A program made the position numbers and the translations under genes. A DNA stretch of 53,238 bases, taken from an uncultured Anaerolineae bacterium. Its GTDB lineage: Bacteria > Chloroflexota > Anaerolineae > Aggregatilineales > Ch27. Positions 17,913 to 27,164 of the stretch are shown here, in pieces. Under the pieces are notes generated by a model that saw nothing but the letters and a program-made list of their open reading frames with translations, did no database searches and was not told where the DNA came from. The stretch is taken from contig CAZHMJ010000004.1 of the NCBI GenBank assembly GCA_964533805.1, forward strand, positions 1-53,238. Reading direction: 5' to 3'. Each line of letters begins with the position of its first letter. The first letter of the stretch is position 1.

Positions 17913-19187
17913 CTAACGCTCGATCACCCGAATACGCGCGCCCAGGGCTTCCAGACGAGGCAACAGCCCGTCGAAGTTCCAGTCGAGCATCTCCGCGCCA
18001 TCCATGATCGTCTCGCCCTCGGCGCACAGGGCCGCGCCGAGCAACCCCAGCCCGGTGCGGATGTCCGGCGAATCCAGGTAATCGGCGTGCAGGAGCGTTG
18101 GCCCGACCACCAGCGCGCGGTGCGGATCGGCCAGCACGATCTGCGCCCCGAAGCCCTTGAGCTTGTCCACAAACAGCAGCCGATCCTTGAACAGCTTCTC
18201 GTGGATCAGGATCGTGCCCTGGGCCTGGGTGGCGATCAACGTCGCGATCCCCACCAGGTCGGAGGGGAAGCCCGGCCAGGGCGCGGTCTCGATGCTGACG
18301 TCGACTTCTTCGTCGCGGGCAGAGATGCTGAACGTCTCATGGCGCGGGACGTGGATATGTCCCTCGTCCAGGTCGAGGCGCAGTCCCAGGCGCTCGTACG
18401 TCCGGGCGATCAGACGCAGGTCGGCCGTCTGGACGCCTTCGATGTCGACCCGGCCGCCGGTCAGCGCGGCCAGCGCGGCCACGCTCGCCACCTCGATATG
18501 ATCCGGCGCAATCGCCTGGGTTGTCCCGTCCAGGCCCTGCCGTCCCTGGATGCGCAGCAGATTGGAGCCGATCCCCTCGACCGCCGCGCCCATCGCCTTG
18601 AGCATGAGGAGCAAATCGCGCACGTGCGGCTCCGAGGCGGCGTTGTGGATCACCGTCTCGCCGGGGTTGGCGGCGGCCAGCATGGCGACCATCGCCGTCG
18701 CCGTGACGCTGGTCTGGACGAGGATGAGGTCGCGTTTTTCCCAGGGAACGAGATGGACTTCGATTTCTCCGCTGCTGACCGTCACCCGGCAGCCCAGGTC
18801 GCGCAGGGCGGTCAGGTGAGGATACAGGCGGCTAATCGGATAGTCGATTTCCAGGTGGATGTGCTCGCGCCGGGCCAGCAGTCCGGCCAGGAACAGCACC
18901 ACGCCCACCTTGGCCCCGGTCATCTCCCTGGAAAGCGCGCGCGTCCTGACCGCCGGCGTAACCAGATGGACCGTGCGCGGCTCGCCCTCAGGGTGGGTGA
19001 CCTGCGCGCCGAGCAGTTCGGCTACCTCCAGCATCACCTGGACGCTGGCCGAGGCCGGGACGTTGGTCAGGGTCACAGGCTGATCGGTCAGAAGAGACGC
19101 GGCGATCAACGCCAGGGCGGCGTTGCTGTTGCCGCCGGGCTGGTAGGTTCCCCGCAAGGGCTGCTTGCCTTGAATCCCGATGCGCAT
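17913..19187 (-). CDS. murA: MurA-family enolpyruvyl transferase with a divergent active site
   Basis: Collinear by eye with E. coli MurA over the full length (Arg120, Asp305 and Arg397 equivalents present). Lys22 aligns to Ser (GGNSNAAL) and the Cys115 loop reads EIDYPISR (Asp at the Cys position). Confidence 0.75.
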   Translation of the reverse strand: MRIGIQGKQPLRGTYQPGGNSNAALALIAASLLTDQPVTLTNVPASASVQVMLEVAELLGAQVTHPEGEPRTVHLVTPAVRTRALSREMTGAKVGVVLFLAGLLARREHIHLEIDYPISRLYPHLTALRDLGCRVTVSSGEIEVHLVPWEKRDLILVQTSVTATAMVAMLAAANPGETVIHNAASEPHVRDLLLMLKAMGAAVEGIGSNLLRIQGRQGLDGTTQAIAPDHIEVASVAALAALTGGRVDIEGVQTADLRLIARTYERLGLRLDLDEGHIHVPRHETFSISARDEEVDVSIETAPWPGFPSDLVGIATLIATQAQGTILIHEKLFKDRLLFVDKLKGFGAQIVLADPHRALVVGPTLLHADYLDSPDIRTGLGLLGAALCAEGETIMDGAEMLDWNFDGLLPRLEALGARIRVIER

Positions 19188-19269
19188 GGACGGCTCCTTC
19201 GCGGCAGAGAATCCGGCAGCGCCCGATTATACCAGCCTTCGGCCCGCCCCCCATGCCACAAAAAGGGAG

Positions 19270-19299
19270 ACCCGATCGGGGCCGCCCTCGCTCGCCGTC
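19270..19299 (-). terminator. probable intrinsic terminator after the radical SAM gene
   Basis: Minus strand: GAGGGCGGCCCCGAUCGGGUCUCCC followed by UUUUU. About 8 bp stem with one mismatch. It overlaps the stop codon. Confidence 0.45.
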
Positions 19300-21220
19300 A
19301 ACGCGCCGTCAGGGGGATGATCTCCGGCGCCGGCTTGCCGCGCAGGTGTTTGGGCTTGACCGGGGGACATTCCCAGGCCTCGGCCGGGGTCTGGGAGCGC
19401 GCCTCGGAGAACCTGGGCAGGATACCACAGGCGAAACAGCCATCGCGGCAGTCGTGGCGCGTCTCGCCCTGCAGGGACATCAGGTAGTCCTCCTGCAGGA
19501 ACTTCTTCTTGACCGCCACGCTGATGTGATCCCAGGGGAAGACTTCATCCAGCCCACGCGGGCGGTGGGTGTAGAAAGCGCTGTCCAGCCCGCAGTCGGC
19601 GAAAGCCTGCTGCCAGGCCTCCGGATTGTGGTGATCCTGCCAGGCATCGAAGCGGCTGCCCAATTCCCAGGCGCGCCGGATCACCGCCCCCAGCCGCCGG
19701 TCGCCCCGGCTCAGGAACGCTTCGAGCAGGGTTTCCTCCGGACGATTCCAGCGCACTTGAAGCCCGCGCCCGCCCAACTCGCGCCTGAGCAGGAGTTGCT
19801 TGGCTTTCACGCTATCCATCGAATCCAGTGATACCCACTGGAAGGGCGTGTGCGGTTTGGGCACGAAGGTACTCACCCCCACGTTGACGCTGGCCTTGCC
19901 GCCGTGCAGCTTGCGCCCCTCGGCCAGCACCGCCTTGCTCAGGTCGGCGATGGCCTGCACGTCGTCGAGCGTCTCCTCCGGGTGGCCGATCATGAAATAG
20001 AGCTTGATCGTGCGCCAGCCGCGAGAGTAAATCTCGCGCGCGGTGTCGATCACCTGCTGGTCCGGCACGGCCTTGTTGATGATGTTGCGCATCTTCTCGG
20101 TGGCTGCTTCCGGAGCCAGGGTGAAGCCGCCCCGCTTGCTGTCCTCCAAGGCATCCAGTAGCTCGACACTGGTCGACTCGATACGCAGGCTGGGCAGGCT
20201 GACACTCAGCCCACTGCCGCCGTAACGGCGCTTGATTTCGGTCACCATCTCCTTGACCGGCCCATAGTCCGACGACGACAGGCTGAGCAGGCCGATTTCC
20301 TCGAAGCCGGTATGGCGGATGATCTCGCTCACTGCCTCTAGCACCTCGGCGACCGGACGCTCCCGCACCGGGCGGGTGACCATCCCGGCGTGGCAGAAGC
20401 GGCAGCCGCGCGTGCAGCCGCGCATGATCTCGATCGGCGCGCGGTTATGGACGGTCGCCACGTTCGGCACCAGGAATTTCGTGAATGGCTTCTCCAGAAC
20501 CGGCATGATCCGCTTGAGCACGCTGACCGGCGCTTCCGGCACGTTGGGCCGGATGGACTCGATCATGCCGTCGGCGCGGTAGGTCACATCATAGAAACGG
20601 GGGATGTATACCCCATCGAGGCCCGCCAGCGCGCGCAACTGCGCCTCGCGCGGCTGGCCTTTGACCGCCTGTAAGGTGCGCGCCACCTCGAGGATGGCCT
20701 GCTCGCCCTCGCCGATCACGAACAGGTCGACGAAATCGGCCATCGGCTCCGGGTTATAGGCAGCGTGCCCGCCCGCGATCACCAGCGGGTAGGACTCGTC
20801 ACGCTCGGCGGCGCACAGGGGCAATCCGGCCAGGTCGAGCAGGGTCAGCACGTTGGTATACAACTGCTCGTAGGGCAGCGTGACTGCAAGCATGTCAAAA
20901 TCACGCACGGCATGCCGCGATTCGAGGCCGTACAGGGGAATTCCCTCCCTGCGCATCACGGCTTCCATATCCACCCAGGGGTTGTAGACGCGCTCGGCCA
21001 GCATGTCGGGCTGGCGATTGACGATATCGTACAGCATCATCAGTCCCAGGTTGGACATGCCCAGGTCGTAAATATCCGGGAAGGCCATGGCGACTCGGAA
21101 CGGCACGGTCGACCAGTCCTTGACCACACTGTTGTATTCGCCGCCCGCATAGCGGCCGGGCTTCTCGACGCTCAGCAGCACGCGATCCAGGGTGCGTTCG
21201 ATCTGTTCTGGAGTCATCAT
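19298..21220 (-). CDS. B12-binding-domain radical SAM protein (TIGR03960-like family)
   Basis: MTPEQIERTLDRVLLSVEKPGRYAGGEYN N-terminus typical of the family, and radical SAM triad CTRGCRFC. Start placed at MM (21220/21217) because a near-consensus promoter sits at 21264..21292, inside the longer track ORF. Confidence 0.8.
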   Translation of the reverse strand: MMTPEQIERTLDRVLLSVEKPGRYAGGEYNSVVKDWSTVPFRVAMAFPDIYDLGMSNLGLMMLYDIVNRQPDMLAERVYNPWVDMEAVMRREGIPLYGLESRHAVRDFDMLAVTLPYEQLYTNVLTLLDLAGLPLCAAERDESYPLVIAGGHAAYNPEPMADFVDLFVIGEGEQAILEVARTLQAVKGQPREAQLRALAGLDGVYIPRFYDVTYRADGMIESIRPNVPEAPVSVLKRIMPVLEKPFTKFLVPNVATVHNRAPIEIMRGCTRGCRFCHAGMVTRPVRERPVAEVLEAVSEIIRHTGFEEIGLLSLSSSDYGPVKEMVTEIKRRYGGSGLSVSLPSLRIESTSVELLDALEDSKRGGFTLAPEAATEKMRNIINKAVPDQQVIDTAREIYSRGWRTIKLYFMIGHPEETLDDVQAIADLSKAVLAEGRKLHGGKASVNVGVSTFVPKPHTPFQWVSLDSMDSVKAKQLLLRRELGGRGLQVRWNRPEETLLEAFLSRGDRRLGAVIRRAWELGSRFDAWQDHHNPEAWQQAFADCGLDSAFYTHRPRGLDEVFPWDHISVAVKKKFLQEDYLMSLQGETRHDCRDGCFACGILPRFSEARSQTPAEAWECPPVKPKHLRGKPAPEIIPLTAR

Positions 21221-21263
21221 GGGACGCCACCCGATTTCTCTAACGGCCATCACAATAATTCGG

Positions 21264-21292
21264 ATTATAACGGCACACCCCCCCGTTGTAAA
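21264..21292 (-). promoter_or_regulatory. near-consensus sigma70-type promoter (TTTACA-17-TATAAT) for the radical SAM gene
   Basis: The minus strand reads TTTACAacgggggggtgtgccgtTATAAT. The predicted TSS is about 37 nt upstream of ATG 21220. Confidence 0.55.
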
Positions 21293-21416
21293 CGCGGCCG
21301 GCCGGCTGCAGCCTGAGCAAAATCCCAACTCCCATGATTTGGGGGGGCGGATTCGCGCATTTACCCGGATAATGAGAATGGGGATGATTCGAAGGTCACT
21401 CGGATAGGAACCGGCC

Positions 21417-22019
21417 ATGACTTTGCCTTTGGATTGGAACGCGCTGACGTGTATCTATGCCGCTGCCTTGCTGATCGGGTTTCTGTATGCCCTGTTCCTG
21501 ATCTTCTTCCAGGGGGTGGGTCACGCCTTCCATCTTGACCTGGACGGCCACCACGTCGACCTCGGCCATGCCAGCGGTCACGACCTGCACACGGACGGGC
21601 ACGACAATTCCGAAGCAACCGGGCTGAGCATGCTGGCCATCAGTGGCTTCATCACAGCCTTCGGGGCGTTCGGACTGGCGGCCACGGGCCTCCTGCAGGC
21701 CGGGACGCTCGTCAGTCTGGGGCTGGCCGTCCTGGGCGGAATCGCCATCGGCGCGGCGGCCCAACTGCTCTTCATCCGCGTGCTGTCCACCACGACCAGC
21801 AGCAACCTGGACCTGAGCGCCCTCAAGGGCAGTCAGGCTGAGATCATCACCCCCATCCCGTCCGGCGGCCTGGGCCAGATCGCCTTCGTGCTGCGCGGCC
21901 AGAGGGTCACCCTGAGCGCACGGTCGTCGGACGAAATGAGTATTCCCCGCAACTCGCAGGTCATCATCGACGGCATCCGGGATGGCGTGGCTTACGTCTC
22001 CCCTGACGAAGAGGGGTAA
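21417..22019 (+). CDS. NfeD-like membrane protein (flotillin partner)
   Basis: Hydrophobic N-terminal part, His/Asp-rich loop, and a C-terminal OB-like segment GSQAEIITPIP.GGLGQIAFVLRGQRVTLSARS. It lies immediately upstream of the flotillin gene. Confidence 0.7.
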   Translation: MTLPLDWNALTCIYAAALLIGFLYALFLIFFQGVGHAFHLDLDGHHVDLGHASGHDLHTDGHDNSEATGLSMLAISGFITAFGAFGLAATGLLQAGTLVSLGLAVLGGIAIGAAAQLLFIRVLSTTTSSNLDLSALKGSQAEIITPIPSGGLGQIAFVLRGQRVTLSARSSDEMSIPRNSQVIIDGIRDGVAYVSPDEEG

Positions 22020-22084
22020 CGCCGCCCTTGAACGAGTTCAAAATCTTTGAATCGGCTGCCATTAACCTAAAAGGAGCAAATCAC

Positions 22085-23542
22085 ATGGAAGCCCTGGGTG
22101 GAATTGCGCTGCTTGTCTTGTTCTTTGTGCTGATCACGGTGCTGGTCGTCTATCTCAGCCGAATCCGCACCATCGGCCCGAACGAGGTGCTGATCATCTC
22201 CGGCCGCAAACGTATCACCACCAATCCCCTCACCGGGGAAAAGGAAGAGCAGAGCTACCGCGTGGTTAAGGCCGGGCGCGCCTTCATCTGGCCGGTGATC
22301 GAGCGCGTCGACGTGCTCTCCCTGGAGCTGCTGACCATCGAGATCAGCATCGATGATGTGTACACCGCCCAGGGCGTCGCCGTCAGTCTGGACGGCGTGG
22401 CTCAGATCAAGATCGCCAGCGACGACGTTAGCATCCGCACCGCCGCCGAGCGCTTCCTGTCCAAGAGCCGGGCCGAACTTCAGGAAGTCGCTCATGAAAC
22501 CCTGGCCGGTCACCTGCGCGCCATCGTCGGCACGCTGACAGTCGAGGAGATCTACCGTGAGCGCGACAAGTTTGCCCAGAGCGTGCAATTGGTCTCCGCC
22601 GATGACCTCAAGAATATGGGTCTGGCGATCGACAACTTCGTCATCAAGGACATCCGCGACCGTGAAGGTTACCTGGATGCCCTGGGCCGCCCGCGCATCG
22701 CCGATGTGAAACGGCTGGCCGTGATCGCCGAACAGACCGCATCGACTGAAGAGGAAGCCGCCCGCCGTGACTTCGGTGTCAAGAAAGCGGAGTACGACCG
22801 CGAGGTCGCCCGCCAGCGTGCCGAATCCGACCTGGCCTACAAGCTCCAGGAAAGCATCACCAACCAGCAGGTGCGCGAGCAGGAAGTTCAGGTCGATGTC
22901 GTCTCCAAGCGCAAGCAGATCGAGCTTCAGGAGCAGGAAGCCCTGCGCATGGAGCGCGAGCTGGAAGCGACCGTCCGCAAGCCGGCCGAAGCCGAGCAGT
23001 TCCGCATCCAGACCATCGCCAACGCCCAGCGCTTCCAGACCGAGACGCAGGCCGCCGGTGAAGCCGAAGCCATCCGGGCGCGCGGTCTGGCCGAAGCCGA
23101 GATCGTCAAGCAGCGCGGTATGGCCGAGGCGGAAGTTGTCCGGACGCGCGGTCTGGCCCAGGCCGAAGTCGTGTTGAAGCAAGGATTGGCCGAGGCGGAA
23201 GCCATGGAAAAGAAGGCCCTGGCCTGGCAGATGTACAACCAGGCGGCCATCATCCAGCAGTTGATCGAGGCCATGCCGCGCATCGCCGCGGCTATCGCCG
23301 AGCCGCTGTCCAAGACCGAGAAAATCGTGGTCATCAGCAACGGGGCGGACGGCACGGGCGCTGGCGCGTCCAAGGTCTCGGCGGATATCGCCAGCATCAT
23401 CGCCCAGGTGCCAGCGACGATCGAAGCGCTGACTGGCGTCGACCTGATCGAGACCCTCAAGAACCTGCCCGGCGTGCAGACAACGGACAGCAACCCACCG
23501 GCGCCACGGGCTGAAAGCGGCCAGGTCATCGAAAACCGCTAA
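22085..23542 (+). CDS. flotillin-like SPFH/band-7 protein
   Basis: Start at MEALGGIALLV (RBS AAAGGAG at about 22070). One N-terminal TM, an SPFH domain, then a long Ala/Glu-repeat coiled coil (AEAE..RG(L/M)AEAE repeats). Confidence 0.9.
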   Translation: MEALGGIALLVLFFVLITVLVVYLSRIRTIGPNEVLIISGRKRITTNPLTGEKEEQSYRVVKAGRAFIWPVIERVDVLSLELLTIEISIDDVYTAQGVAVSLDGVAQIKIASDDVSIRTAAERFLSKSRAELQEVAHETLAGHLRAIVGTLTVEEIYRERDKFAQSVQLVSADDLKNMGLAIDNFVIKDIRDREGYLDALGRPRIADVKRLAVIAEQTASTEEEAARRDFGVKKAEYDREVARQRAESDLAYKLQESITNQQVREQEVQVDVVSKRKQIELQEQEALRMERELEATVRKPAEAEQFRIQTIANAQRFQTETQAAGEAEAIRARGLAEAEIVKQRGMAEAEVVRTRGLAQAEVVLKQGLAEAEAMEKKALAWQMYNQAAIIQQLIEAMPRIAAAIAEPLSKTEKIVVISNGADGTGAGASKVSADIASIIAQVPATIEALTGVDLIETLKNLPGVQTTDSNPPAPRAESGQVIENR

Positions 23543-23566
23543 CCACGCACCTTCCGATTTCCTGTG

Positions 23567-23598
23567 GCGGGGATACCGACAACGGTTCCCCGCTTTTT
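23567..23598 (+). terminator. intrinsic terminator after the flotillin gene
   Basis: GCGGGGA-N13-TCCCCGC followed by TTTTT. Confidence 0.7.
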
Positions 23599-23701
23599 GG
23601 TGCAGGCGACCGGACCGCGCTCCTACCGACAAAGGGGCGTCCTATGGTAGACTGGAAGAGCCTGGATGTGTGTAGCACAGGCAGCCTGTTGAGGAGACAC
23701 C

Positions 23702-24580
23702 ATGCGCCTGAGCACATTTTCGATCGCCGCCTATGCGCCGGAGGAGCAGGCCTGGGGCGTGGCCGTTGCCAGCAAGTTCCTGGCCGCCGGGGCCATCGTG
23801 AGCTGGGCACGCGCCGGATGCGGTACGATCGCCACCCAGGCCCTCGCCCGGGTCGGTTTTGGCCCGGATGGGCTGACTCTGCTGGCCCAAGGCCAGCGCG
23901 CCGCAGATGTGCTCCACCACCTGCTCGCCTGCGATCCGCATGCTGCCGATCGCCAGGTTGGGATCGTGGATGCCCATGGCGGCTCGGCCGCCCATACTGG
24001 CCTGAACTGCCACGCCTGGGCCGGTCACCGCACTGGTGAAGGCTTCACCTGCCAGGGCAACATCCTCACCGGGCCGGAGACTCTCGACGCCATGGCCGAC
24101 ACCTTCATGCATACCCCCGGCGAGCTGGCCGACCGGCTGGTCGCCGCCTTACTGGCCGGGGATACCATCGGCGGCGACCGGCGCGGCAAGCAGTCGGCAG
24201 CCGTGCTCGTCGTCCGGCCCAATGGCGGCTACGGCGGCGACAACGACCGCTATCTCGATTTGCGCGTCGACGACGATCCCGACCCTGTGCAGCGCCTACA
24301 CGCCCTGGTCGGACTGCACCACCTCTTCTTCGGCACGGTCAACCCAGAAGACCTGATGCCCATCAAACCGGACATCGCCCGCGAACTTCAGACTCTGCTC
24401 CGGCGTGAAGGGTATCTGGATGGGGAAGTCTCCGGCGACTGGGACGAGCCATCCCAGAAAGCCTTCTGGAATCTGGTGAACAATGAGAATCTGGAGGAGC
24501 GCTGGGCTATCGACAAACGGCCTGACCAGATCGACCGCGTGACGCTGAACTATCTGCGCCAGCGTTTCAACCTGAAGTGA
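23702..24580 (+). CDS. DUF1028 (Ntn-hydrolase-like) protein with C-terminal peptidoglycan-binding-like domain
   Basis: MRLSTFSIAAY...WGVAVASKF...GTIATQA...VGIVDAHGGSAAHTG matches the DUF1028 pattern. The tail IARELQTLLRREGYLDGEVSGDWDEPSQKAF resembles PG_binding_1. Confidence 0.7.
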   Translation: MRLSTFSIAAYAPEEQAWGVAVASKFLAAGAIVSWARAGCGTIATQALARVGFGPDGLTLLAQGQRAADVLHHLLACDPHAADRQVGIVDAHGGSAAHTGLNCHAWAGHRTGEGFTCQGNILTGPETLDAMADTFMHTPGELADRLVAALLAGDTIGGDRRGKQSAAVLVVRPNGGYGGDNDRYLDLRVDDDPDPVQRLHALVGLHHLFFGTVNPEDLMPIKPDIARELQTLLRREGYLDGEVSGDWDEPSQKAFWNLVNNENLEERWAIDKRPDQIDRVTLNYLRQRFNLK

Positions 24581-24616
24581 TTGCCCGTCCATGCGAGCGA
24601 AAGTACAATTACTGCC

Positions 24617-25267
24617 ATGTCCGGTCTATTTCAAAAGATTAACACCCTGCTCAAGGCCCGCATCGACAACTTCCTGGAAGAGGATTTGCGTCTCTCCCGG
24701 CAGCCGGACGAGAACGCACTCCTCACCGCCGGCCGGCTGGGCAAGGACGTCGACCAGGAGGTCGCTGCCCTGCGCCAGCGGATCGAGGAAGCACTGAACT
24801 ACGAGGACGCACTCCAGGAGAAGATGGACGCCCTGCGCCAGGAGGCCTCGGACCTCGACCGCGAAGCGGATGACGCCCTGCGGCGCGGCCAGGAAGATAT
24901 GGCCCGTCGCGCCCTGGATCAGATGCGGCGCCTCCAGCAACAAGCCCATATGATCGAGGCCGATCTGGTCCAACATCGCCGCACAACCGCGGAATTCATC
25001 GAACGGGTGAACGTGCTGGAAGGGCTGATTGCCGAGGCCAGGCATAAAGAAGATGCCGGCGTTGTGGCCGAACCACCTGCCGAAACCCTTGACCGCGTCC
25101 TGCAAACCGCACGTCAGGATGCCGAAGCGCCAGGGCGGGCTGAACCTGTGCGCGTGATCGTGAACCAGCCGTCGCCAGACGCAGAAACACCCGCGCCTTC
25201 TGCGAATGATGACCTGGCCGCTCGCCGTGCTCGACTGGCACGGCGCAGCCCCGAACAGGAGGAATGA
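24617..25267 (+). CDS. PspA/IM30-like coiled-coil protein (divergent)
   Basis: The N-terminus MSGLFQKINTLLKARIDNFLEE resembles the PspA N-terminal amphipathic helix, followed by a long heptad-rich helix. Assignment by eye only. Confidence 0.5.
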   Translation: MSGLFQKINTLLKARIDNFLEEDLRLSRQPDENALLTAGRLGKDVDQEVAALRQRIEEALNYEDALQEKMDALRQEASDLDREADDALRRGQEDMARRALDQMRRLQQQAHMIEADLVQHRRTTAEFIERVNVLEGLIAEARHKEDAGVVAEPPAETLDRVLQTARQDAEAPGRAEPVRVIVNQPSPDAETPAPSANDDLAARRARLARRSPEQEE

Positions 25268-25273
25268 GTCCAA

Positions 25274-25981
25274 ATGCGCCCTTGTGTCCTCACCGTCGAT
25301 GACGATCTCCATATGCGCACCATGTTGACCGATGCGCTCACCAGCGAAGGGTATGAGGTGGAACAGGCCAGCTCCGCCAAAATTGCTCTGGCGCTGGTCG
25401 AACGGCGAAAGCATGATTTGATCATCCTCGATGTTGGCATGCCCGAAATGGACGGCGTGACCCTGTGCCGCCGTCTGCGCCAGGATCCGCGCTTCACCTC
25501 GACACCGATCCTGTTCCTGACGGCCTATTCTCAGCCAGACGATATCATTCGCGGTCTGGACGCCGGAGGGGACGATTACACCCTCAAGCCGATCGAACTG
25601 CCCGTGTTCCTGGCCCGGGTCCGCGCCCTGCTGCGCCGCCACGCCTATGGGAACGGCCCGGCGGGCGAGGCGAGCGCGGTGCTCCAGGTCCGCCGGCTCA
25701 CCCTGAACTCGGATACCTATCAAGTCATGGTCGAGGGCCGTGCTCCGATCCAGTTGACCGCCACCGAGCACCGCCTGCTGCGCTACATGATGGAGAACGC
25801 GCACCAACCGCTTTCGCCCCAACGTCTGCTGGAAGCGGTCTGGGAATATCCCCCCTACACGGGCGACCCGGATCTGGTTCGCGTGCACGTCCGCAATCTG
25901 CGCTCCAAGCTGGAAAGTGATACCCGCCAGCCGGAATACATCCAGACTGTGCATGGAGTGGGCTACACCCTGACCGGCTGA
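25274..25981 (+). CDS. OmpR-family response regulator (receiver plus winged helix), no cognate kinase nearby
   Basis: VLTVDDD, LIILDVGMPEMDG and TAYS..DD receiver motifs. C-terminal trans_reg_C (LTATEHRLLRYMMEN...YIQTVHGVGY). RBS AGGAGGAA. Confidence 0.9.
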   Translation: MRPCVLTVDDDLHMRTMLTDALTSEGYEVEQASSAKIALALVERRKHDLIILDVGMPEMDGVTLCRRLRQDPRFTSTPILFLTAYSQPDDIIRGLDAGGDDYTLKPIELPVFLARVRALLRRHAYGNGPAGEASAVLQVRRLTLNSDTYQVMVEGRAPIQLTATEHRLLRYMMENAHQPLSPQRLLEAVWEYPPYTGDPDLVRVHVRNLRSKLESDTRQPEYIQTVHGVGYTLTG

Positions 25982-25997
25982 ACACCCTGGAATCCCC

Positions 25998-26025
25998 GGG
26001 GGGCGAGGCCTCTCGCCCCCTTTTC
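25998..26025 (+). terminator. intrinsic terminator after the response regulator
   Basis: GGGGGCGAG-gcct-CTCGCCCCC followed by TTTT. Confidence 0.75.
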
Positions 26026-26175
26026 ATCACACAACCCGGCTACAAATCTCTATCATTTCCTCACAAATCAAATCAAAGCCCCGACAGAGGGATATGGTAT
26101 CATCAACTTAGAGTGACCCTGTCTTTGAGTCACCTGTCGTGCCGGTGTCCAGACAGTTACCCGGGGAACCAAACC

Positions 26176-27156
26176 ATGCGCCGTGTTCTGAAAAACCTGC
26201 TCAAAACCCTGGATGGCGCGCCTTTGCCCGACCCTGCTTCCGGCCGGAGCCGGCGCGGCCAGAGTCTGGTCGAACTGACCCTGGTCATGCCCATCCTGAT
26301 CATCATGCTGCTCGGACTGATCGAAATTGCCTGGCTGGCCAATCACTTCCTGATCCTGATGGACGTGACCCGCTCGGCGGCGCGCGCCGGCGCCCTCCTC
26401 GACCCTACCGAATGGCAAGAAGGCGACGAGCGCTTCCTGGAACGCATGGACTGCGACCGGGTGACAGGTGGCGCGTTCATCGACGCGGACAATCAGGTCT
26501 ATTTGCCCGTCCAGGATTACTCCCATTTGCCCGCCGCATGGTTCATGCCAACGGGAGGCGAATCCTCGCAAATGGGTTTTTATGACAGCGTCGCCTGCCG
26601 GGCCGTCCAGGACATGTCGCCGCTCGTATTCGATACCAAAAAGGATGACCTCGTCATTTCGGTCTTTTCGTTCCTCTCGCAAGACCTTTATAACACCGGC
26701 GATGTCAACATCTACGTCACGGGCCGTCTGCCTGCCCACCAGAACGAATGCAGCAACGAGACGTACGATCCCTTCGACGTCAACAACAACGGGCTCGCGG
26801 ACGCTACGCTCGAAAACATGGACCTGATATGGGATACAGGCGGCCCCTTCGACAATACCGAGAACATCCGGGGCTATGTCCTGACCGGCCACCATCAGGT
26901 CTCGGACGCGCCGGGCTGCATCGGCTCCGAATTCAGCACCGAAGAAATCGAAGCGATGCTCAACGGGGCGAGTTCCCTGGAAAATTCCAACACCCCCAAC
27001 AACGGACTGGTCGTCGTGGAGATGTTCTGGCATCACCGCCAGTTGCTCGGTCTGCGGTTCTTCACCATCATCGGGGACGACTTCGAGCTGCACGTCTGGT
27101 CCATGTATCCGGTTACGGCGGCTGAACCCACTGCAACATTTGACACTTTGCCCTAG
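26176..27156 (+). CDS. TadE-like (pseudopilin-like N-terminus) exported protein
   Basis: Start at MRRVLKN. The segment RRGQSLVELTLVMPILIIMLLGLIEIAWL.....SAARAGA is the TadE-family N-terminal helix. Confidence 0.7.
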   Translation: MRRVLKNLLKTLDGAPLPDPASGRSRRGQSLVELTLVMPILIIMLLGLIEIAWLANHFLILMDVTRSAARAGALLDPTEWQEGDERFLERMDCDRVTGGAFIDADNQVYLPVQDYSHLPAAWFMPTGGESSQMGFYDSVACRAVQDMSPLVFDTKKDDLVISVFSFLSQDLYNTGDVNIYVTGRLPAHQNECSNETYDPFDVNNNGLADATLENMDLIWDTGGPFDNTENIRGYVLTGHHQVSDAPGCIGSEFSTEEIEAMLNGASSLENSNTPNNGLVVVEMFWHHRQLLGLRFFTIIGDDFELHVWSMYPVTAAEPTATFDTLP

Positions 27157-27164
27157 ATGAGGGA

